Source of the DNA: an uncultured Gammaproteobacteria bacterium | GTDB lineage: Bacteria; Patescibacteriota; Patescibacteriia; UBA1558; GWA2-36-10 | Length of the DNA: 64,000 nt | Direction of reading: 5' to 3' | NCBI GenBank assembly: GCA_964638415.1 | Contig: CAZWYP010000003.1 | Span: 1,150 to 65,149, forward strand | Shown: piece after piece, positions 45,421-54,736 of the stretch | Numbering within the stretch: the stretch's first letter is position 1 | How the letters are laid out: each line of letters starts with the position of its first letter | Notes under the pieces: generated by a model | What the model was told of the DNA's origin: nothing | Seen by the model: the letters and a program-made list of their open reading frames with translations, nothing else | Databases searched by the model: none | Translations under genes and position numbers: made by a program

Positions 45421-45759
45421 TTGCTCACCGCAAAACCGTTCTTAAAACCACAGGAGCGCAAGATGCTGAAATTTATTTTGATCCTTTTGGCAATGGGATT
45501 AACGATTACTTCCACTATACCGACCTCTGTCGATACTACGGAAACAATCGCCGCCCCCAATCCTCGACCTGCTTCGTCTGTTGATGAAATGCCGGCTTTC
45601 CAAGCCAGCCGCTATGATTGGCCAGAACTGGAAACGGCAGAAGTATCTCCGCCTAATCCGGATCTAAAAAAGCCAAACCAAAACGGAAAATTTTCCCACC
45701 GGCTACATTTCACCACCAAGCTCCGCCTCCAGCCACCCAATAGGCTGGAAAAAGCGTAA
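45421..45759 (+). CDS. Hypothetical secreted Pro-rich protein (probable start MLKFILILLAMGL)
   Basis: Signal peptide. Sits between convergent terminators. GC-rich. Confidence 0.35.
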   Translation: MLTAKPFLKPQERKMLKFILILLAMGLTITSTIPTSVDTTETIAAPNPRPASSVDEMPAFQASRYDWPELETAEVSPPNPDLKKPNQNGKFSHRLHFTTKLRLQPPNRLEKA

Positions 45760-45782
45760 TCATTTTACGCTTATCTCTTCAA

Positions 45783-45815
45783 TCCCTGATAGCACCAGCT
45801 ACCAGGGATTTTGTT
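45783..45815 (+). terminator. Rho-independent terminator
   Basis: TCCCTG-atagcaccagcta-CCAGGGA followed by TTTTGTT. Confidence 0.6.
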
Positions 45816-45816
45816 A

Positions 45817-45853
45817 TAACAAAACCCCGCTATCATCATAAATGACAGCGGGG
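45817..45853 (-). terminator. Rho-independent terminator of purB
   Basis: CCCCGCT-gtcatttatgatgat-AGCGGGG followed by UUUUGUU on the minus strand. Confidence 0.65.
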
Positions 45854-45863
45854 TTACTGCTTA

Positions 45864-47309
45864 CTAGGCAGCTAGTATTTCTCTAGCTAAGCCTTCTGCC
45901 TCTTCGGCAATCTCCAGCGCTCGCTCACTGGCATCGCCAATATAACTCTCCGGATGATGGAGCAGTTCCATGATCTCTTGGGGGATATTATTAAAGACCA
46001 CTCCCAGTTCATCATTGGTTTGAGCCAATTCCGCCAATTCTTCAATGAGCAGGCGTCCGCTTTTCTGCGCAGCCGGCACCACAGTATGATTGACCAATTC
46101 ATGGGCATCGCCAGAGAAACCGGCCATTTGCAGAGCAATATACAAAGGCTCGGCGAGAATCAAATGAGCGCTTTGGCTAAAATTGCGCTGGCAGGCCGCC
46201 GGATCAATAGTAATGCGCGTCAGGAAAGGAACGCCCTTATCATTCTTGCGGCAAAGCGTATCCAGCTGCTGCATCAAGTTGACCAGAATGATCGGAAAAT
46301 CCCTCGTCACGGCACTACCAACCAGATCTCGCTGATGCTCGCTTAATAGCGTATCCAGCACCTTGTTCAGCTCACCCTTGGTCTTCAGCCACATCGCCTG
46401 CAGATTTTCAAAATTGATGGGGTTGCGCTTATGCGCCATAGTTGAAGAACCGACTTGTTCAGTGCCGAAACTTTCGGCTACCTCGGAGATTTCCGAACGC
46501 ATCAGCTGGCGGCAGTCAAGGCCAAATTGAGCCAGACTAGCCGACAGTAGTCCGCTGCTGAAAAGAAAGTAAGCCAGCGGCTCAGGCGGCAGAATCTGCG
46601 TACTGATGGGAGCCGGATTCAAATCCAGCTTAGCTAAAACTCTGCTTTCAAAATCACCGATGATTCCTTTCTCCGCCAATTTGCTGATTCCTAAACCGAC
46701 TTGCGCATTATGCGCGCCAACCGCACCGGATATTTTGCCGACCAGCTGTGAATTTGCTTCATCCATTTTCTCCCAGTTGTAGACAATCCGGTTGATAATG
46801 GTAGCCAGCCAAAAGCCGACGGTAATCGGTAGAGCATGCTGGCCATGCGTGCGCCCAATCTGCAGCTGATCGGCATATTGTCTGACCATCGCCGCCAGTA
46901 AGGTGACCACTTCCGCGATTTTCGGCCGCAAAGCCTGAATATAAGCCCGCTGGTACTGCAGAATTCGTCCGGTATCCAACGCATCAAAGCTGGTTAGCGG
47001 TATATGCACCCAGCGCTTGAGCTCCGTGTCGTTAATAATCTCTTGCGCCAGCTGCACCCAAGCCCGGATATCATGCTTGGTAATTCTCTCCCGCTCATCC
47101 ACCAGGGAAGTGGGAATAGTCCGCAAACGGACAAAGACTTGAGGATCAACACTTTGCCAGACCTCTTGAGGAATGATTCCTAATTCCATTAGAGTTTCCA
47201 GCGTGGCAATCTCTACATCGGCTACTCCACGGTAGAGATTATCGTAGCCAAAAAAGGGTTGTAAGCTCTTTGGCTGGTAGCGGGGATTACCCGGCAACAT
47301 CAGATTCAT
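45864..47309 (-). CDS. purB: Adenylosuccinate lyase (fumarate-lyase superfamily)
   Basis: Fumarate-lyase signature GSSTMAHKRNPINFEN. Adjacent to purC. I took the start at the ATG preceded by AAGGAG (MNLMLPGNP). GC about 50%. Confidence 0.7.
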   Translation of the reverse strand: MNLMLPGNPRYQPKSLQPFFGYDNLYRGVADVEIATLETLMELGIIPQEVWQSVDPQVFVRLRTIPTSLVDERERITKHDIRAWVQLAQEIINDTELKRWVHIPLTSFDALDTGRILQYQRAYIQALRPKIAEVVTLLAAMVRQYADQLQIGRTHGQHALPITVGFWLATIINRIVYNWEKMDEANSQLVGKISGAVGAHNAQVGLGISKLAEKGIIGDFESRVLAKLDLNPAPISTQILPPEPLAYFLFSSGLLSASLAQFGLDCRQLMRSEISEVAESFGTEQVGSSTMAHKRNPINFENLQAMWLKTKGELNKVLDTLLSEHQRDLVGSAVTRDFPIILVNLMQQLDTLCRKNDKGVPFLTRITIDPAACQRNFSQSAHLILAEPLYIALQMAGFSGDAHELVNHTVVPAAQKSGRLLIEELAELAQTNDELGVVFNNIPQEIMELLHHPESYIGDASERALEIAEEAEGLAREILAA

Positions 47310-47411
47310 GACAAACTCCTTTGGTAAAAGATGTAACGAACAGTTAAATTTAAAATACCTTACCAAAAAAACCTCCAATTGGCAAGAATAAAATAATCCT
47401 GTTCAACAGGA

Positions 47412-49022
47412 TTATTTCTTCAAACTAGCTTTAATAAATTCCTTAAACAATGGGTGAGGACGCAAAGGCCGGGATTTAAATTCCGGATGGAATTGCACTC
47501 CGACAAAGAATGGGTGGTCTTTTATTTCAATTATTTCCACCAATCTCTTATCTGGCGATATGCCGGCAATTACCAAACCCGCCTTTTCTAAAACATCGCG
47601 GTAATCCAGATTAAATTCATAGCGGTGGCGATGGCGCTCATCTATTTTACTTTGACCATAAGCTTGGTAGCTTATGGACTGCTTGGCTAAAACACAAGGA
47701 TAGGAGCCTAAGCGCAGAGTACCTCCCTTTTGCTCTTCTTCCGTATGACCCGGCAAGAAATGAATAACGGGATTAGCTGTCTTCGGCTCAAATTCAGTGG
47801 AATTAACATCATTGGTGTCTAAAGCCTGGCGGGCAAATTCAATGGTAGCAACCTGCATGCCTAAGCATAGTCCTAAATACGGTACTTTATTTTCCCGGGC
47901 AAACTTAGCAGCAATAATCTTACCTTCAATCCCCCGGTTGCCAAAGCCACCCGGCACTAAGATACCAGCCACCTTCTTTAATTTAGCCAATTCCGCCTTA
48001 TCCTGCTTTTCCAGTTTGGAAGCATTGATCCAAACTAAGTCTAGACTGACATTATTATGGTAACAAGCGGATTTTAAAGCTTCTACTACGCTGATATAAG
48101 CATCTAGATTTTCATTATACTTACCCACTAAAGCAATTGGCAGTTTCTTTTTATGATTAGTCCTGATGCTAGTTACCAATCTTTGCCAATCGTCTAATTT
48201 TGGTTTCCTTTTAGGCAGTCCTAGGCTGCGACCAATAATCTCTGAAATTTTATTTTTCTTTTCAAAATTAACCGGTACTTCATAAATGCTTTTAACGGTA
48301 GGAGCGGGAATAACGGCTTTTTCATCAATGTCGGCAAATAAAGCGATTTTAGCAATAGCTTCCTTGTCTATTTTCTTATCTGACCTGGCTAAGATAATAT
48401 CCGGCTGAATGCCGCGGCCATAAAGCTCGCGGACAGATGCCTGCGTCGGCTTAGTTTTCAATTCACCGGAAGCTTTCAAAAAAGGCAACAGAGTTAAATG
48501 AATGAACATGGCATTAAGATGACCCACTTCCCGATGGAATTGCCTAGCTGCCTCTAAATACGGATCGCCCTCAATATCTCCGACCGTACCCCCGATTTCA
48601 ATTAAGATAATCTCTGCCTTGCTTTCTGCGGCTGCCTTGCGGATATGATTCTTTATCTCATTGGTAATATGGGGAATAATCTGAATAGTCTTGCCTAAAT
48701 AATCTCCGCTGCGCTCTTCATGGATTACTTTGTGGTAAACCCGGCCGGTAGTTAAATTGGACAATTTGGATAAATTGACATCAATAAACCTTTCATAGTG
48801 GCCTAAATCCAAATCTGTCTCTCCTCCATCGTCAGTCACAAATACTTCCCCGTGCTGGTAAGGGCTCATGGTGCCGGGATCAACATTAAGGTAAGGATCC
48901 AGTTTTAAAGTAAAAACTGAATAGCCGCAAGCACGTAAAATAGCGCCAATTGAGGCCGAGGCAATTCCCTTGCCTAAGCCAGAACAGACGCCGCCGGTGA
49001 TGAAAATATACTTAGTCGGCAT
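47412..49022 (-). CDS. pyrG: CTP synthase
   Basis: MPTKYIFITGGVCSGLGKGIASAS N-terminus and a C-terminal glutamine amidotransferase domain (GLCLGMQ, HPEF). Confidence 0.95.
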   Translation of the reverse strand: MPTKYIFITGGVCSGLGKGIASASIGAILRACGYSVFTLKLDPYLNVDPGTMSPYQHGEVFVTDDGGETDLDLGHYERFIDVNLSKLSNLTTGRVYHKVIHEERSGDYLGKTIQIIPHITNEIKNHIRKAAAESKAEIILIEIGGTVGDIEGDPYLEAARQFHREVGHLNAMFIHLTLLPFLKASGELKTKPTQASVRELYGRGIQPDIILARSDKKIDKEAIAKIALFADIDEKAVIPAPTVKSIYEVPVNFEKKNKISEIIGRSLGLPKRKPKLDDWQRLVTSIRTNHKKKLPIALVGKYNENLDAYISVVEALKSACYHNNVSLDLVWINASKLEKQDKAELAKLKKVAGILVPGGFGNRGIEGKIIAAKFARENKVPYLGLCLGMQVATIEFARQALDTNDVNSTEFEPKTANPVIHFLPGHTEEEQKGGTLRLGSYPCVLAKQSISYQAYGQSKIDERHRHRYEFNLDYRDVLEKAGLVIAGISPDKRLVEIIEIKDHPFFVGVQFHPEFKSRPLRPHPLFKEFIKASLKK

Positions 49023-49024
49023 AA

Positions 49025-50302
49025 TTATTGGGCTAATAATTCCTTAGCGCGATTTAACTGCGGATCAAGATCATTTTCATAATCTTCAGGAGTATATTCT
49101 ACAACTTCATCGGGAGTAATACCTTGTTCATCAATAGTCCGGCCATTGGGGGTTAGCCATTTAGCTACTGTAATCTTCAAAGAAGAGCCATCATTAAGAT
49201 CAAACAACTGCTGCACTGAACCTTTACCGAAAGTAGTTTCTCCCACTAATTTAGCCAGGCCATAATCCTGCAAAGCTCCGGCTAAAATTTCTGAAGCCGA
49301 TGCTGAACCTTCATTGATTAAAACTATGGTCTTGAATTTAGACAAGTCAATTTCTTCCTCTGCTTTATAATCCTGGCTGTCGCGCTGGTCAGAAAAAACC
49401 TCTCTGACCACCACCTGATCATTCTCCAGCCAGCTGCCGGCTAAGCTTACCGCTACATCCAAATAACCGCCGGGATTATTCCTCAAATCCAAAATTAAAC
49501 CGCGAGGATTGTCCCGCAGCACCTGCTGGGCAATTTTATTAAACCGGCTGTCAGTATCGCTATTAAAGCTGGTGACGTTGATAATCCCGATATTATCTTC
49601 TAATTTGTAAGTTACTGAGGGAATTTCAATTTTGTCTCTGACTACTTTAATTTCCTTGGGTGTATCTTCATCTTTAGACAAGATTAATAATTTAACTTCC
49701 TGCCCTTTTTCTCCCCTGATTAAGCTAACCGCCTGATCTACTGATAAAGGAGCCGCATCTTCATCGTTAATAGCTAAAATTTTATCCCCTGGGCGCAAAC
49801 CAGCCTTAGCGGCTGGCGTATCCGGTAAAGGAGCAATAATCACCAAAAAACCGCCCTTACGGCCAATTTCTGCCCCAATGCCGTAAAAGCTGCCATTAAG
49901 TTCCTGGGTAAAATCCGAAGTGGTTTGCGGATCCAAAAAAATAGTATATGGATCATTAACGGCATTAACCATGCCATTAATAGCGCCATAAAACAAATCC
50001 CTTTCCGACAGCTTCCCTCGGTCTAAATAATAGCGGTGGATGGTTTCCCAAGCTTCTTCAAACAAAGCTGGGTTAACACCTTCAATGCCGCTAAAAATAT
50101 CTTTAATGCTCTTGGCGGTGTCTACAATAATATTGTTGGAAACTTGGTTGCTGTTCCGCCAATTAGCCGTAGCCACGCCGGCGGCATAAGCCACCAATAT
50201 TAAAAAAATGACCAGATACTTTTGTACGGCTTTTTTGATCCAGATTTTCTTTCGGAGACCAGTATTATTTGCTCCTAAATTTTGCCAATTTTCATCATTC
50301 AT
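49025..50302 (-). CDS. ctpA: Carboxyl-terminal processing protease (S41 family, PDZ-containing)
   Basis: PDZ (GLRPGDKILAINDE) and the S41 catalytic region GSASASEILAGALQD...GETTFGKGSVQ. Confidence 0.88.
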   Translation of the reverse strand: MNDENWQNLGANNTGLRKKIWIKKAVQKYLVIFLILVAYAAGVATANWRNSNQVSNNIIVDTAKSIKDIFSGIEGVNPALFEEAWETIHRYYLDRGKLSERDLFYGAINGMVNAVNDPYTIFLDPQTTSDFTQELNGSFYGIGAEIGRKGGFLVIIAPLPDTPAAKAGLRPGDKILAINDEDAAPLSVDQAVSLIRGEKGQEVKLLILSKDEDTPKEIKVVRDKIEIPSVTYKLEDNIGIINVTSFNSDTDSRFNKIAQQVLRDNPRGLILDLRNNPGGYLDVAVSLAGSWLENDQVVVREVFSDQRDSQDYKAEEEIDLSKFKTIVLINEGSASASEILAGALQDYGLAKLVGETTFGKGSVQQLFDLNDGSSLKITVAKWLTPNGRTIDEQGITPDEVVEYTPEDYENDLDPQLNRAKELLAQ

Positions 50303-51590
50303 TGATTCTTTCTATTTTAGCTCCTAAATTAGACAAGCGGACATCCAAGGCTTCATAGCCTCTGTCTACTTGGTAGATATTATCTATTACGCTTTCTCCT
50401 TCCGCTGCCAGTGCTGCGATAATCAAAGTAGCGCCAGCGCGCAAGTCGAAACTGTGCATTTCCTTGCCAAATAGCGGAGATGGACCTAAGACTACTATAC
50501 GGTGGGGATCAGATACTACAATATTAGCTCCCATTTTCTTTAATTCCGCCACATACTTTAATCTGCCATCATACATCCAGTCATGGACTAAGGTAGTGCC
50601 TTTGGCTTGAGTCATTAAAGCGGTAAACGGCTGAACTAAATCAGCAGCAAAGCCGGGATAAGGCATATCATGCAATTTACCGATAGCTTGCAAATCTACC
50701 CGACCATCTACAGTAATGCTACCTAAGCGGTAATTAGGATTAGGCGATATTTCCGAATATTCAATAGTTATCTTTAAACCAGCTTCCCGGAATTTCACTA
50801 ATTCCAAAGTTAAAAATTGCGGTGCAGCATGCGTTATAGTAATCTGCGAACGGGTAGCACCGGCCAAAGCGATAAAGGTGCCGGTTTCAATATTATCCGG
50901 CATAATGTAATACTCACCGCCATGCAAAGCTTTAGGGCCCTTAATCACCAAATGATGCGTGCCGATGCCGCTAATTTCCACGCCCAAGGACTGCAAGAAC
51001 CAGCATAAGTCCTGCACTGACGGATCAGCTGCAGCAATGTTAATTATTACTGTCCCCTGGTTAAAAGCTGAAGCTAAAATAATATTCTCGGTTCCGGTAA
51101 CGGAAAACTCGCTTAAAGTCACTTCTTCATCAGCTGCCCGGTCTTTGGTTAAAGTATAAAACTCACCGTCAAATTCCACTTTAACTCCCAAGGCTTCAAA
51201 AGCTTTAAAGTGCGTATCCATAGAGCGAGCGCCGATCTGGCAGCCGCCCGGAGTCTTGGTACGCAAGCGCCCAAAGCGCCCTAACAATGCTCCCATCAAC
51301 AGAATTGAAGAGCGCATAGTTGCTACCAAAGCCATATCCATTTTCTCCGGATCAATTTCCGCATTATTAATCTTCACGCTATGGGCATCGGTCCAAACAA
51401 TCTTAGCACCCATGGAAGTTAAAATCTGCAGCATCTTCTTCACATCTTCAATCGCCGGCACATTATGCAGAACAATTTCTTCCTTAGACAAAACAGTAGC
51501 CGCAATAATCGGTGTTGCGGCATTTTTAAACCCGGATGCTCTAATTTCTCCTTTAAGCTTATTGCCTCCTTGAATAATAAACTTGGACAT
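50295..51590 (-). CDS. murA: UDP-N-acetylglucosamine 1-carboxyvinyltransferase
   Basis: FIIQGGNKLKGEI...ASGFKNAATPIIAATVL and the catalytic-loop region. I took the ATG start at 51590 (MSKFII); the ORF track begins at an upstream TTG. Confidence 0.92.
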   Translation of the reverse strand: MSKFIIQGGNKLKGEIRASGFKNAATPIIAATVLSKEEIVLHNVPAIEDVKKMLQILTSMGAKIVWTDAHSVKINNAEIDPEKMDMALVATMRSSILLMGALLGRFGRLRTKTPGGCQIGARSMDTHFKAFEALGVKVEFDGEFYTLTKDRAADEEVTLSEFSVTGTENIILASAFNQGTVIINIAAADPSVQDLCWFLQSLGVEISGIGTHHLVIKGPKALHGGEYYIMPDNIETGTFIALAGATRSQITITHAAPQFLTLELVKFREAGLKITIEYSEISPNPNYRLGSITVDGRVDLQAIGKLHDMPYPGFAADLVQPFTALMTQAKGTTLVHDWMYDGRLKYVAELKKMGANIVVSDPHRIVVLGPSPLFGKEMHSFDLRAGATLIIAALAAEGESVIDNIYQVDRGYEALDVRLSNLGAKIERINE

Positions 51591-51646
51591 TGTATATTTA
51601 TAATAACTCAATTATAATTTTACCCTAAAAAGAAAAAACAAACAAG

Positions 51647-52918
51647 ATGAATTTAACAGTCAGAAGAATTCTTTATTTGCTATTTTTCCTATTTTTCCTA
51701 GTCTTTTCCGCTATTTTCATTTTTTATTCCATTGGCTACCGCTATGACTTTGCTACCATGTCTTTGGAAAAAAATGGGGCTTTTTTTATTAAATCTTTCC
51801 CCCGAGGAGCTAATATCTGGCTGGATGATAAAAAAACCAAAGCTAAAACTCCCAATCAGCTGATTAATATCCGCCCGGGACAGCATAAAATAGTTGTGGA
51901 AAAAGAAGGCTATTTGCCCTGGCAAAAAACCCTAGCAGTACAAACTGGCACTACTGCCTTTGCTGAAGAAATAAGCTTATTCTTTTCTGAACGGCCTAAA
52001 ACCTCTTTAAGCGTCGGGAGTAATAATTATCTTAACAATAAAGCTCAAAACAGATATGCCTATCTAGTGAATAATGAATTATGGATAACTAATACGGAAA
52101 CTGCTAAAGCTTTAGCGGTTTATAATTTTGACCAGCCTACAGAATTAATTGACTGGTCGGCAGATAATAAGCAAATATTGGTAAATCAGGGTGAACAATT
52201 AAAAATTCTTAATCTAGAACAATCTTCCCTTAAAAATCTGGATTTAAATCCAGCAGATAAAATTGTCTGGGATAATAATGAGCCTAGTGTGATCTGGTAC
52301 CTAAACAAACAAACTGTCTGGAGACATAATTTAATTTTAGACAGCACAGTGGAAAAATTTAATGAAGTTGATGATTTTGACTTGTCTGGAGACTATATTA
52401 TTATCCAAAGAAAAAATAATTCAAATACTCTAGTTAATCTTTACCAGAAAAACGGTGGCGATCTGATAAAAGAGTTTAATAATGTTATTCCAGGCAAACT
52501 CAAACTGCTTTTAGCAGATAATGATTATCTGATATTTACTTCCGGATCTAAACTATACATTAAAACTCCTAATAATGAGCAGAGGGAATTTTCTGCCACC
52601 CTAGTTAGGATTTATGGACGATACTTAATTATTAGCGATAACCATGAAATCTGGCTGTATGACTACCAAGATAATTGGAAAGACATTCTAGACCGCTCTT
52701 CTTCTGTTGTCGCCGATGTTCTTTGGCATCCTAATGGCAGTTATTATCTCAATGAAATTAATGGCCAAACTACTATTTATGAATTAGATGGCAGGGATTA
52801 CCGCAATCACGTGGTGCTAATCAATGACCCTTTGAAAAAAATGTATTTATTCAATCATGACGGCAGTAAATTATTTGTCTTAACTCCACAAGAAAACTAT
52901 TATTTAGAAATACAGTAA
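51647..52918 (+). CDS. Membrane-anchored PEGA-domain protein with a C-terminal beta-propeller-like region
   Basis: N-terminal TM, then a PEGA motif (SFPRGANIWLDDKKTKAKTPNQLINIRPGQHKIVVEKEGYLPWQ), then ~300 aa of W/D-rich beta repeats. Confidence 0.6.
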   Translation: MNLTVRRILYLLFFLFFLVFSAIFIFYSIGYRYDFATMSLEKNGAFFIKSFPRGANIWLDDKKTKAKTPNQLINIRPGQHKIVVEKEGYLPWQKTLAVQTGTTAFAEEISLFFSERPKTSLSVGSNNYLNNKAQNRYAYLVNNELWITNTETAKALAVYNFDQPTELIDWSADNKQILVNQGEQLKILNLEQSSLKNLDLNPADKIVWDNNEPSVIWYLNKQTVWRHNLILDSTVEKFNEVDDFDLSGDYIIIQRKNNSNTLVNLYQKNGGDLIKEFNNVIPGKLKLLLADNDYLIFTSGSKLYIKTPNNEQREFSATLVRIYGRYLIISDNHEIWLYDYQDNWKDILDRSSSVVADVLWHPNGSYYLNEINGQTTIYELDGRDYRNHVVLINDPLKKMYLFNHDGSKLFVLTPQENYYLEIQ

Positions 52919-52972
52919 ACTTTAAAAAATGGCTTATTAAAAGCCATTTTTTAGTTATCCACAGTTATATGT

Positions 52973-53002
52973 TTGACATTCGGTTTTTGTTCGGTATATA
53001 AT
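52973..53002 (+). promoter_or_regulatory. lexA promoter (TTGACA-N18-TATAAT) with candidate SOS operator direct repeat ATTC-N7-GTTC (TTCGG-N6-TTCGG) in the spacer
   Basis: Perfect -35 (52973-52978) and -10 (52997-53002) hexamers 26 nt upstream of the lexA ATG. The spacer carries the direct repeat cATTCggtttttGTTCgg. Confidence 0.5.
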
Positions 53003-53028
53003 AAAGATATAAAAATTATCCTAAAGAT

Positions 53029-53628
53029 ATGAGTAGTTTAACCAAGAAACAAAAACAAATATTAGACTTTGTCACTGAGTTTATTAGGGATCATGAATAT
53101 GCTCCTAGTTACCGAGAGATCGCCGAGCATTTCGGCTTATCCTCCCCTGCTACCATTCATGAGCATATCAAATCCTTAACAGACAAAGGTTTATTAAGCA
53201 ATCATTCGACGGCTCGCTCGCTGGAACTAGTCAAACACACGACGGCAAGCAAAGCGTTAATTCTCCCCCTGGCTGGTTTAATTACTGCCGGCGAGCCGAT
53301 TGAAGCGATTGAAGAGCGTGAAACCATTGCCGTGCCACGAGACTTTGTCCACAATGAGAATAGCTATGTGTTGAAAGTCCGCGGCGAGTCTATGATTGAA
53401 GACGGTATTCTGGATGGAGATTATGTGGTGGTGGAAAGGAATTTCTATCCCCAGAATGGCGACGTGGTAGTAGCCTTATTGGATAATACCTATGCCACCT
53501 TAAAAAAATACTTCCGGGAAAAAGACCGGATCAGACTCCAGCCGGCTAATAAAAATATGAAACCGATTTATGCCAAAAATCCAGCTATCCAAGGCATTGT
53601 CCGCGCTATTTTAAGAAAATTCGCTTAA
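53029..53628 (+). CDS. lexA: LexA repressor (S24 peptidase)
   Basis: N-terminal wHTH (SYREIAEHFGLSSPATIHEHIKSL), an Ala-Gly cleavage site (LAGLITAGEP) and Ser/Lys dyad motifs (VRGESM ... TLKKY). Confidence 0.92.
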   Translation: MSSLTKKQKQILDFVTEFIRDHEYAPSYREIAEHFGLSSPATIHEHIKSLTDKGLLSNHSTARSLELVKHTTASKALILPLAGLITAGEPIEAIEERETIAVPRDFVHNENSYVLKVRGESMIEDGILDGDYVVVERNFYPQNGDVVVALLDNTYATLKKYFREKDRIRLQPANKNMKPIYAKNPAIQGIVRAILRKFA

Positions 53629-53696
53629 GTGTTAAAGCCCAAAACCATGTCTAAAAGAAAAATAAAAATTATCTACCGCAGTCTAATGTTTTTAAA

Positions 53697-53722
53697 AAGA
53701 GACTACTTTAAGTCTCTTTTCC
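53697..53722 (+). terminator. Terminator hairpin after lexA
   Basis: AGAGACT-acttta-AGTCTCT followed by TTTT. Confidence 0.5.
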
Positions 53723-53754
53723 GGCGCCGTAATTTAATTATCCGCTATCGGCGT

Positions 53755-54354
53755 CTAGGGGCTTTCTAATCTGCCGGCTATAAACTTTATATACTCTACA
53801 TATTCTGCCGGCAAATTATGACTATTAGCTCCTTCCAGCACTATCTGGTAATACCGATCTGAAGGCAAGCCGGTCGTGTCTTCTTCCTGAATAATATAAA
53901 CCTCTGCGTTTATTTTTTTATCCCCATAATCCACCTCTACTTCCTGCCGCTGGTAAAGAGTCGGGTAGCCCTCTGCCCTATCTAATGACTTTAAACAATT
54001 TTCATTAATCCGGTAAAGCACTCCTTCCACTTGCTGATTTAAGTCTTTCTTAATATTAGCAGCGCCAGAACGGAAAAAATAAAACTGGTAACCAGGCAAA
54101 CTAGCTCGCCCTAAATCCACAAAATTATCCTGCCCACAACGATTATTCATAGTCGGGGTATGCATATTAGAGCCGTAACCCAAATAATAAATACTAGGCT
54201 CAATTTCCTTATTTTCTTCAATTTTTTCCTCTTGACCAGTAACTGGATTATAGATATTTTCACTTTGGGGAATTACTTGGCGAAAGAGAAACCAGCCAAA
54301 AGCTAGGGCTACTAAACAAATTACCAAAAAACCATAAGTTATCACTCTTGACAT
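53755..54354 (-). CDS. Membrane-anchored gamma-glutamyl cyclotransferase-like (AIG2/GGCT fold) protein
   Basis: N-terminal TM plus YYLGYGSNMHTPTM (the YGSNM GGCT signature) and downstream Glu; 199 aa. Confidence 0.55.
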   Translation of the reverse strand: MSRVITYGFLVICLVALAFGWFLFRQVIPQSENIYNPVTGQEEKIEENKEIEPSIYYLGYGSNMHTPTMNNRCGQDNFVDLGRASLPGYQFYFFRSGAANIKKDLNQQVEGVLYRINENCLKSLDRAEGYPTLYQRQEVEVDYGDKKINAEVYIIQEEDTTGLPSDRYYQIVLEGANSHNLPAEYVEYIKFIAGRLESP

Positions 54355-54407
54355 AATCCTAAATATTAGCTATGATAATCCTGTTTTAAAATAATTAACC
54401 GAAAAGT

Positions 54408-54692
54408 ATGGCACATAAGAAAGCAGGCGGCTCCACAAGTCTTGGCCGTGATTCTCGCTCCAAACGCTTAGGCGTAAAAATGTTTGCCGGGCAAGCAGTT
54501 AAAGCCGGTAATATTATTGTCCGCCAGCGCGGCAGTAAATTTCATCCGGGAAAAAATGTCAAAAAGGGCGGAGATGACACTCTATTTGCAACCGTTTCCG
54601 GCGTTTTGTCATTCCGCAGCCTAAAAAGAAAAAAGTTTGATGGTTCGCTGAAGATCACTAAATACATAGATATTGTGCCGGCCAAAAAATAA
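54408..54692 (+). CDS. rpmA: 50S ribosomal protein L27
   Basis: [24 protein letters not shown]...GNIIVRQRG; 94 aa. Confidence 0.95.
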   Translation: MAHKKAGGSTSLGRDSRSKRLGVKMFAGQAVKAGNIIVRQRGSKFHPGKNVKKGGDDTLFATVSGVLSFRSLKRKKFDGSLKITKYIDIVPAKK

Positions 54693-54707
54693 TGCCTATA
54701 TAACAAA

Positions 54708-54733
54708 CCCCGTACCTCTGGTGCGGGGTTTTT
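54708..54733 (+). terminator. Rho-independent terminator of rpmA
   Basis: CCCCGTACC-tct-GGTGCGGGG followed by TTTTT. Confidence 0.75.
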
Positions 54734-54736
54734 AAT

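Noticed and set aside
45887-46987. Nested ORFs inside purB (45887-46138 minus, 45954-46346 plus, 46691-46987 minus)
   Set aside because: Alternative-frame products of a GC-rich gene. PurB carries the fumarate-lyase signature in the main frame.
43071-47400. Integrase, transposase or direct-repeat boundaries for the putative islands at tRNA-Gln
   Set aside because: No integrase- or transposase-like ORF and no obvious duplication of the tRNA 3' end were seen. The island interpretation rests on composition only.
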